DNA from: Acanthaster planci
Lineage: Eukaryota
Length of the DNA stretch: 63,655 nt
Reading direction: 5' to 3'
NCBI RefSeq assembly: GCF_001949145.1
Contig: NW_019091360.1
Location: 554,137 to 617,791, forward strand
Below the pieces are notes generated by a model that was given only the letters and a program-made list of their open reading frames with translations, made no database searches and was not told where the DNA came from. This document shows positions 10,908-19,310 of the stretch, in pieces. Made by a program: the position numbers and the translations under genes. How positions within the stretch are numbered: position 1 is the first letter of the stretch; the number at the start of each line of letters is the position of its first letter.

Positions 10908-11562
10908 ATGACTACTAACATTTACCCAGATTTGACTTTAAACTCGGTCGAACAATCAGAAACCAAAGTCTACAGACTCAGAAAAATCGAAGAAATCAAA
11001 TCTCAAATCCAAAGAGAACGCGACGCGCGGGAAACTAGCTACAAGAAGATCAAACGGGTACTCACCGCACTCGGCTACGTGGAGTACGGGGTAGAAGTGC
11101 TGGGCGCGACCTCGGCAGCCGTCGGCGTTTCCGCAATTTTAGGCGTCGTGACCGGGCCTGTCGGACTTGTAATGGAAGGCATCGCTTTCGGTGCGTTTGG
11201 TGCCTACGCAGCGCTAAAGTACGCCACTCGCCGTTTAACTCACAAAACAAAAAAGCACGATCAAATCCGCGTACTTGCCGATGCTAAATTAAACACGATC
11301 GAGGAATACGTATCTCACGCAATTGAAGACGGTGACATATAGCAAGAGGAATTTGTGTTGATCTTATCTGAACTAAAAAAGATTAACGAAATGAAAGAAA
11401 AGATCAGATCGAGTACGTCTACAAAACTGCAAGCGAGCGAAGCGAGCTCGACGAATAAAGAAAAAGAAATTCAAATGTCAAGTAAACGAGAGAGCAGAAG
11501 CGCTAGCCAACGAACATGCGACGGTTTTTAAAAAAGATCTTATGAAAAAACTTGGCGAGTAA
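10908..11562 (+). pseudogene. Coiled-coil protein with a long Gly/Ala-rich hydrophobic hairpin (membrane-active candidate); in-frame stop at 11340
   Basis: YRLRKIEEIKSQIQRERDARE, then a ~55-aa hydrophobic segment (VLGATSAAVGVSAILGVVTGPVGLVMEGIAFGAFGAYAAL), then KKHDQIRVLADAKLNTI. The frame continues past the stop (QEEFVLILSEL). Confidence 0.6.
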
Positions 11563-11674
11563 GTTTAACCAAGTCGGTTAAGTACGAAGTGAGCAAAGCG
11601 AGCGAGCCACCTGCTTATCAAGCAACCCAACCAACGGTACCTCCTTTAAAATAAAATAAAGACGTTTAAAATAA

Positions 11675-12955
11675 ATGGGAGCCAACTTTAGTCATTTATC
11701 AATCGTAGTCGATAAGGACAACTCGCCGAGTTTCCAAATTTAATGCACGCGTATAAATTACCAAAAGTCACCACGGCAAAGCCGTCAACCGCTGGGTTAC
11801 CGATCCAATTTCGATTTAATTTTGCGGTCTATTGCGCGACGACGGCTTGTGGTGTGGGTTTTGATTTGCTGTCTGATCCCAATCCACACGTGTCGGCTTT
11901 ATTCAATTTTCACGTATATTATACCGTACAAAAATGCCCAATTCCGAGCGACAACGTATTTGACGCGTTACACAATTATTACGATCATCGGAAGTTTACA
12001 GACACTTGTCGTCTATTTAACGTCGATTCAAACAAGTTGTTTAAACAAACTCGTGACACTTTGTCAAACGGATTAGGCACTGCTTATTATTACGACAACG
12101 GTTACGTATCTGTCCCTAATAAAAATTATGATGCATACGACTTACACCTCTCCAACGGCAAATACGCGGGATCTACTTACATGGGCTTTGGCTGGGCTAA
12201 ACCACCTAAAGGCTTGGGTCATGCGAGTACTTACACGGTCAATTGGATTTCACAGTCGGACGCGGCCACTTTGGCCTGGTGGGATTTCATCCTAAAAAGA
12301 GTAGCTCGACGGACGTGGGGATCACCAAGGTAAACGAATCCATTAGGGCTTACGGATACGAGTTACACGGTGCACAAGCTCAAACCAAGACCAGCGTTTT
12401 GGACACCGGCACCGGATTAGACGCGCAACGGCAATTTATTACGATCGTGGAATCTTTAATTAATTCAGCCCCCGATCTCGAACAGTCGATATATCAATTT
12501 CAAGATTCGTTGCTATATGCCAAAATGCCTTTAGACTTTGTAGTCGCCCCGGGGTTATATTTGGTGCCCTCGGATATGGACTTACGCATCGGTACGTATG
12601 AAGGTTACAACAGTAATGTACAAATCACGACTGCGGATATGACGACTGGTTACGTACCGAATTTAAATTTAAGGCCAGGGGTTAAGATGATTTTGCGGGT
12701 GAAGCAAGCGAAGCGAGCAAACCAAAGCAACCAGAACTTTCACCCACTCAACCAAAGCAACCAGAACTTTTACCCACTCAACCAAAGCAACCAGAACGTT
12801 TACCCACTCAACCAAAGCAACCAGAACTTTTACCCACTCAACCAAAGCAACCGGTACCAGATAAAAAACCATTAGACATACATAACGAAGAGAAGTTATC
12901 TTTAATTATAGGAGCTATCACCATAGGTGTCCTCCTGTATAAAGTATTAACTTAG
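11675..12955 (+). pseudogene. Predicted myristoylated, C-terminally anchored viral protein with a Pro-rich repeat stalk; frameshifted
   Basis: Starts MGANFS (MGxxxS). Core has NFAVYCATTACGV, FHVYY, INESIR-like, GAQAQT, PSDMDLRIG. After a frameshift it reads (QPKQPELLPT)n and a terminal TM LSLIIGAITIGVLLY before TAG. Confidence 0.6.
12719..12853 (+). repeat. 30-bp coding tandem repeat, ~4.5 copies
   Basis: Unit AACCAAAGCAACCAGAACTTTTACCCACTC; encodes QPKQPELLPT in the frame that runs into the TM tail. Confidence 0.9.
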
Positions 12956-12985
12956 AATAGACGAAAAAGTAAAAGGCATTAAAAA

Positions 12986-13017
12986 AACGCTTGTTCTCCA
13001 CGTGGAAAACAAGCGTT
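12986..13017. terminator. Palindrome at the convergence of the plus- and minus-strand gene blocks
   Basis: AACGCTTGTTCTCCACGTGGAAAACAAGCGTT, one mismatch, lying between stops at 12955 (+) and ~13034 (-). Confidence 0.5.
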
Positions 13018-13033
13018 GAAATTTTTTTGCCTA

Positions 13034-13473
13034 TTATAAAACGGGTTTACGTTTTTCGTATAAAAGGCAAACTACATAACCGACCACTAAAAATAAAGTC
13101 CACAGGTGATCCGCTATCCATCCAACCGCTTTACTCACCACGTTAAATATCCAACTCAAAACGCCACCGATGATTCCAGGCAATTCAAATAAAAAATATT
13201 TGGGTCTTTAATTTCTGTTTCGTAATCAGTTTCGTTGTACCGCTTTTCGATCTCTAAACCACCATATATTTCTTCTTCTTCGTTTGTCCCAACGGTAATA
13301 GGATGTGCAAAATCAGGGTCTTCTAACAACGACGTTTCATTTTGGTCAGTACAGGACGTTTCTGTTTAGGTCGGATTAAGTATTAAGTCTTCCCAAGCCA
13401 ATTTCAAGTCTTGATCGGTTTCTTCTTTGTTCTCTAGTGGTATTTCCCAAAAATCAAATCCTCCTTCGGCCAT
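13034..13473 (-). pseudogene. Viral protein with acidic N-terminus and C-terminal amphipathic/TM helices, disrupted
   Basis: MAEGGFDFWEIPLENKEETD... then LPGIIGGVLSWIFNVVSKAVGWIADHLWTLFLVVGYVVCLL. Confidence 0.55.
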
Positions 13474-13521
13474 TTTACTTTAACTTTAAAATAAACGATT
13501 AAAAAACCAACTTTACGGTTT

Positions 13522-13766
13522 TTAAGTGGTTGGTAGACTCGGGGAAAATATCCCTTGTGACACGAGCCTACCCTGGGTAGCTAACGCACCGCTAGACAGG
13601 GCGGTCAATTGTAACGCGTCTTCGATTGCAAATTTATTGAAATCTGGCGGTTTGATTTGAGCTTACTCGACAACATCGCGTAACCCATACAAAATCCTTA
13701 AAGTACAGCACCGTGATAAACCGTATTGGCGATTCCATTTAGGTCGATTGATTTAGTGTTACTCAT
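13522..13766 (-). pseudogene. Small hydrophobic viral protein, frameshifted
   Basis: MSNTKSIDLNGIANTVYHGAV ... IKPPDFNKFAIEDALQLTALSSGALATQGRLVSQGIF; preceded by TTAAAAATG. Confidence 0.45.
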
Positions 13767-13790
13767 TTTTAATATATAGTATCTTTAAAT

Positions 13791-14164
13791 TTATTCCATA
13801 TCTAAAACTTCAGGTGTTTGTTTTTTTGGTTGAACAGTTTGTAAAGGTGTTGCTTGAACTTTTATAGGCGTCGATTTATTTTTCCACATTAAATATAACG
13901 CGACTGCACCAATCGCTAAACCGCCCAGGATTAAATTTCTATTTTCGGTGACCGTTTCCTAAATTTTATTTCCAGAGCTAGCTTCGCTCACTTTTAATTT
14001 CGCGAGTTGCTGCTTCATCTTTCTGTTATGCTTGGCTAGTTTCTTACCCTGTTCTATGCGTTTTGGATTTTTAACTTTAGTTACTGTTGCACCTGTGTCT
14101 TTACCGGGCTGTTCGTCGGCGTTGATGCTGGGATTGCTTTGCTCGCTTCTTCTGTTGTCGACAT
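13791..14164 (-). pseudogene. Basic coiled-coil protein with one TM helix, one in-frame stop
   Basis: KNPKRIEQGKKLAKHNRKMK followed by LILGGLAIGAVALYLMW. Confidence 0.55.
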
Positions 14165-14199
14165 CTTTTATAATAGAAACGTTTTATTTATCGATAGAT

Positions 14200-14643
14200 G
14201 CTTAGTTGTAATTGGCGTGGCTACCAAGGGCGATAAATAGACCCCGTATTTATAGCAAATCTCGCTTAGGAAATGACTCATTGTTTGACTTATAATCGGA
14301 TCGTTATTTAGATTTTTTGTCAAATCTTCTTCGGAATTCAAATTGATATTAAACCCGAGGAGTTCGACTGGAGTGGCAATGCCTAGTAAACGTGCGTATA
14401 AGCTTAGAATCGCATGGCCAAGTGTATTTACAATTTCTCTGCCGAAGTGTGCTTCATACAGGTTAAAAGCTTTTCTTGATCTTTTGGAGTTAGGGCTTCA
14501 ATTTCTTTTACAGAATATTCTTTACTCAGGCATTTTTTAGATTCCCAAGATGCCACTATTGAGCACAAGCGATCTCTTACATTGGGTTTATTTTCGGTCG
14601 ATTCTGTTTTTGGCTCGTTGAGAATTGATTTAAAATCTTCCAT
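14200..14643 (-). pseudogene. Helical viral protein of unknown function, frameshifted
   Basis: ORF 14428-14643 continues in another frame as YEAHFGREIVNTLGHAILSLY...DLTKNLNNDPII...ICYKYGVYL. Confidence 0.5.
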
Positions 14644-14866
14644 TTAAATATATGGTTTTTAAAATTGTTGAACGTATGTTTACAGTATAAATATTTAAAC
14701 CTGTAATAAGTTAGATTAGCTGCGATAACTAGTTGGATAACTAATTGAACTAATTGTAACATTGCTTCTATTTAATTATAACAAAAATAAATAAAAACAG
14801 CTATAGCCAGACTGTAACAACAAAGCTATAGCAAATGAAACAAATAAATAACTAGTTAACATTAGC

Positions 14867-15520
14867 TTATACGTCTGTTGACTCGGGTATCATATTGCAC
14901 TTACGCATTAGGTTACACCTACAGCAAGCCAACACGCAATTCCATTTCACGTGCCCAAAACCCGTGGGTAATCTTTCGATCGTTGCCTGGTCTTGTCTTG
15001 GCTCGATATATTACAGTTTTACGTTGCAGTCGTTGTAATAACAAAACTCATGAGCGTCAACCATTTCTCGGGGATGAATAAGTTATATTTCTTATCACAT
15101 TGTTTAGAAGTATACAACCAACGATCAAAAACAAATTTTGCTGCGATATCTTTGCTTTTTATGAGGGCAAACGCCTGAACCGTTACACTGAACACAATAA
15201 TATCTTTGCTTACCGTGAATACACATCCCAGCACCATTACACTGAACACAATAATATCTTTGCTTACCGTGAATACATATCCCAAAACCATTACAATCAA
15301 CACAAAAATATCTTTGCTTACCGTGGATACATATCCCAGAACCATTACATTCGACGCGTGCATTTTTTAGTTTACCATGAATGCATTTACGCCGATTATT
15401 AGAAATTTTTGCTGCGGCGTTATAACTGATACATCCAGCGCAGATTTTACCACTGTCTGTAACTTTGAACGAATCCAATCCATTTAATTTATGGCAGCGA
15501 TTACACGTTTTATTCTCCAT
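14867..15520 (-). pseudogene. Cys/His repeat protein fused to an HNH (His-Me finger) endonuclease domain, frameshifted
   Basis: Four to five 18-aa repeats CIHGKQRYYCVQCNGxGI (54-bp tandem at ~15140-15390). After a frameshift: CYYNDCNVKL...ATIERL..GFGHVKWNCVLACCRCNLMRK. Confidence 0.7.
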
Positions 15521-15555
15521 TTAAATTAATATTACATTAATGCATTTTATCATTT

Positions 15556-16185
15556 TTACCGAATGACATAATTCACCGGCGGCTCAGTATAAAAAAAATC
15601 AATTTACTGAACTTCACGTCTCGAAATGCTTTTTAATTTCTTCCCTTTTTTCATCAGGTACGACATCGTTTTCGGTTAAACACTGGTCAAAGCTGTTACG
15701 ATCTTTCCAATGAAACAAAGCGGTCCACGCCGTATTTTCGCGGTAGTCTTTGAGAACCAAATTATATATCTGAGTTAATAGCCAACAACTATGATTATAA
15801 TGACGCCCTAAAAACGCCATCTTACTTAATGCGCATACATTGCTCCCTTTAGATCTTTTAAGATACTTAATAATTTGATCTGAAGCACAGTCGTCGATAA
15901 TAAATAACGTATTTACACCGTCAAATTATTTTTGATAAGGTTCAATCGCTTTGTTTCATTATAGTCGTTCCCGATCTAAATCGCATGGAAAAACGTCGTC
16001 GTCTGTGTAAATCCATAGTCAGTCCAAATAAGTTTTATTTTAGACAACATGGGACAAATAATTACGATAGCTTCAAATGTGAACCTATATTCGGTTTCTA
16101 GAAGATCTAATATCCAATTAGTTTTCCCGCTGCCCGTCTTACCGATGATTAAAGCGCAGTGTGGCTTCTTGTACATCTGGTTCAT
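15556..16185 (-). pseudogene. A32-like (FtsK-HerA superfamily) genome-packaging ATPase, disrupted
   Basis: Walker A LIIGKTGSGKT, Walker B LFIIDD (~15890-15910), arginine-finger motif GRH and LLTQ. Confidence 0.88.
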
Positions 16186-16199
16186 TTAATTTAAACGCT

Positions 16200-17454
16200 T
16201 CTTAATAAACCCGTAGACTTTAAAATTTCCGTCTTCTACAGTCAATTGAGCTAAAAATAAAAATAAAAAAAATACGTACATCATCAACGGACCCGCGGTC
16301 TCTGCTTCGCGTTCCATCTGTATCAAAATACCTCCTCCGCCCCGAGCGGCCTACCCGAGCCATGAGCAGATTTATCGTCAGAGCTCCTGAAATCGAGCCA
16401 CAGACCATACTTATCTTTTAGACATTCGGCCATATCAACCCCCGTTAAATTTAGATCTTTTGCAACTGCGCGAGCCGATTTGGTGTCCGAGTCGCCGAGG
16501 TATTTGTTGACTTCGTTCCAGTGTTGGTATTCAAATAGCCCTTGTGAGTAGAGCTGGATGGGTTTGCCTTCGACCGTGACGACCGTTTTAGTTATATTTC
16601 GTTGCAGATTTTTGACCGCGGGATCTTTGAACAAAATCAAAACGCCTTTCAAACTCTTGATCGTTTGGTCGATGCTGATGTTCCATAACGTGTCTGACTT
16701 ATTAACCGCCTGTTTTTTCCAAGAATGAATTCTGTTAAATAAGTAATAGACGGGGCCTCTATGTTTGGCCTGCAGGGCCTGCGCCAAATCTCGATTGGTG
16801 ACGACTTCATATTCTAAAGTCAAATCCGAAATTGAGTACTCCGCAGCCTTGTCTGACGAGTTAACCATTTGATTGTGCCCGTTAAACGTTAACTGGTACG
16901 TCAGAGGCTCTTTAAAATCCGACGGATCGAAAGGCCCATTATCCGTATCTAAAGGAATCGCATATCGATTTTTAAAAGTGTCGGCGATCGCCTTATCTTT
17001 ACCGTTGTTCGCGGCTTCGTTTTTATCGCCCGCGTTCAAACGTAACTTAGTGACGTTTTCTCTTTCTTAACTAAAATAAGCCATATTTTTCGTCTACGAC
17101 AGAGGTAGCCAATTGCCCTTAAAGTTATGAAACACGTCCGCGTCTCGGTAACTGACAATTTTATTGCCTTGTAAGCTTACATTGATTTCTGAAAGCAGGT
17201 TTCGCGCTACGTTGTTATACACGGTACGGTTATCGTCGGATGCACCGTCTAGATCGAGTTGAAAGCCAGTTTCGCGGTACCCGGCATGATGACGTCATCC
17301 ATGCCTAAAGCGGGGAATTTTATGTTTAACGTGTGACCCACAGCTATGGTGCTCGGTTATGGGTGACAGTTACTTCGCGTCTTTTGCCCTTAATCACGCG
17401 AGGTACTTTGAGCCTGCGACTCAGGTTTATTTTTTTCGTGTATTGTTGCGACAA
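16200..17454 (-). pseudogene. Major capsid protein (double jelly roll, Polinton-like virus type), disrupted
   Basis: ~410 codons adjacent to the ATPase. Beta-rich motifs: VTVTHNP.TI, IKFP.L..DDVIMPGTAKLAF, RYAIPLD, YSISDLTLEYE, SLKGVLILF, VTVEGKP.QLYSQG, YGLWLDFRS...HGSGR. Fold assignment rests on size, context and recalled similarity. Confidence 0.75.
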
Positions 17455-17483
17455 ATTTCTTAATATGTACGATTTATGTTTTA

Positions 17484-17633
17484 CGTAAAAATTTTAAAGA
17501 GAAAAGAAAACGCAATAAAGGGTATGCTGGCTGCGAAAAATAGATCTTCATTATTTTGCTATCTAAACGTTTCACTCTGGTGAACGTGACCGGCTTGAAT
17601 TTCTACCAGTTGATTTTTAATTTCGGTATTCAT
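17484..17633 (-). pseudogene. Tiny ORF remnant with a C-terminal hydrophobic segment
   Basis: MNTEIKNQLVEIQ...LFFAASIPFIAFSFLF; divergent from the ORF at 17658 across a 24-bp pure A/T spacer. Confidence 0.3.
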
Positions 17634-17657
17634 ATTTTTAAATTATATATTTTAAAA

Positions 17658-18084
17658 ATGGCTAGTATTGCAATGATGGTTGGAGGAGCTAAAGTAAACG
17701 CCCTGGCATTTACGGGCTAGATTTTTTTATTTGGCAGTTTATCAAAAAGTAAAGTCGACGAAGAATGAAAGCGTCAAGATCCTGGCGATAGAGCAATTGG
17801 TGCAGGCAAAACAAGAGTGGGAGCAAAACCGCGTTCATATGTTAGATTTTTTAAACGAGCAAATGCGACAAGAACGCACGAGTCAGCAAACATTTGTAAA
17901 CGTGGACGAAGCGTTACGAGCTTAGAGCGAATTAACCGGTAAAAAAAAATAATGCCGCTGCCGCCAGAGCCTAAAATACTCGATTTTTACGCACCTTCGA
18001 TCCGAGGATCAAAAAATTCGCAAATTTATATGGATTATATCCGGGACGGCTTTAGTCGGTTTCTTATCTTATCGATTTGCGTAA
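17658..18084 (+). pseudogene. Viral protein with N-terminal hydrophobic helix, coiled coil and C-terminal TM; disrupted
   Basis: MASIAMMVGGAKVNALAFTG ... LAIEQLVQAKQEWEQNR ... PPEPKILDFY ... IWIISGTALVGFLSYRFA*. Confidence 0.55.
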
Positions 18085-18096
18085 CTTTATTTTAAA

Positions 18097-19110
18097 ATGG
18101 AGCGAGAATTTTCAAAATTATTTTACAGCTCACAGGGTTATTGGCGGGGTGAAAGTTCGGTCGATCATCTACACGTAAAGACGGGTGCAGGCAAATCAGT
18201 TATTAGAAACTGGCTAAAAAAGCAAGCCGTTTGGCAAATATATTTACCCGCACCTGCGTACGTACCGCGACCAATGACTTTGCAATCGGAATCGGTCGAA
18301 CCTAATTATGCGCATCAAATAGATATATTATATTTACCCTGGGATTATGTTGAAAGAAAAACGTTTAAACACGCTTAGACCGTGGTAGACGTAGGTTCGC
18401 GATATAAAGAGGCAGAACCGTTGACCAGCAAAACCGCCGAGCAAATGTCTGAAGCCGTGAAACAGATTTATAAAAGATTGCCCTTCACTTGGCGCAAAAT
18501 TATAATGGTAGACTCTTGATCTTTATTTAAAGGTGAGTTTAAAAAATTAATGACGAAAAATATAGAGTAGAAATTCAAGTGGGTGAGCCGGGCGTTCATA
18601 GGTCGTAGGGAATCGTGGAAAGGTTTAACCGTACTTTGGCTGAAAGGTTATTCGGTCATTAATACGCTCAAGAAATGTTAAATGTGGATGAGCGAAACGT
18701 AGAATGGGTAGAACGTTTGCCTCAAGTTGTAAAATCGTTAAACGACGAAAAAACGCGTTCAATCGACAAAGAGCCCGCAAAAGCTATCAAATTAGACCGA
18801 GTGAAGCAAACACCTAGTGCACCTCCCAGAGTTGGCAAGCGAGAATTACCGCCAAGCGTGGTCGTTCGGTACCTCTGTTACGTACCCGGGTGAGCAAGAG
18901 GGTGGAACCGTCAGAAGAGTGACCGATCCAATTTGGTCCGTGGACGTTTATCAAATTGAAAAACGCACGAAGCAATTTAAACGAGTAAATGGCAGGCGGA
19001 TAAAAACGGGTCCTACTTTATATTATTTATTAAACGGGCCAAATAGAAGTTTCGTCAAAGAGGAACTTCAAGTCGAACCCGAGGATACAGAATTACCGCC
19101 CGAGTCTTAA
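18097..19110 (+). pseudogene. Retroviral-like (rve, DDE) integrase of Polinton type, with stops and frameshifts
   Basis: HQIDILYL (D), TVVDVGSRY, IMVDS..FKGEF (D), GIVERFNRTL (E), W...LP.VV..LN, and C-terminal PIWSVDVY / YYL / RSFVKEELQ. Confidence 0.92.
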
Positions 19111-19169
19111 CTGCGCAAAAACCGAATTGAGGACTTTTTCTTTGTCTTAAAAAATTGAGTTGTTCACCC

Positions 19170-19310
19170 ATGGCTTTAAAAAATTTTTAAAAGTGGGTCG
19201 CAGGGGTTTGGAGTGTTTCGATTTTCCGGTTTAGTTTTGGTATTTTGTGCTAAACTTGGGGACGATGATTGAAGGTGGGGTGGGTCTAGTGCGTACCGCT
19301 CTGAACTACT
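19170..19310 (-). repeat. Right terminal inverted repeat
   Basis: Reverse complement of 7953-8097; ends GAACTACT and is followed by GTTCA. Confidence 0.93.

Larger units (their letters stand above)
7953..19310. mobile_element. Integrated Polinton-like virus / capsid-encoding DNA transposon, 11,358 bp, with no recognisable DNA polymerase
   Basis: TIRs 7953-8097 and 19170-19310 start AGTAGTT and end AACTACT. GTTCA is duplicated at 7948-7952 and 19311-19315. The interior is dense and intronless, with integrase, MCP, penton-like and packaging ATPase genes. Confidence 0.93.

Noticed and set aside
12719..12853. 30-bp repeats, and the 54-bp repeats at 15140-15390, as a CRISPR-like array
   Set aside because: The units are head-to-tail with no unique spacers, are multiples of three and lie in coding frames; the context is eukaryotic with no cas genes.
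7953..19310. Calling the element a canonical Maverick/Polinton
   Set aside because: No pPolB or protease motifs and no room for them; TSD is 5 bp; the accessory gene set is atypical.
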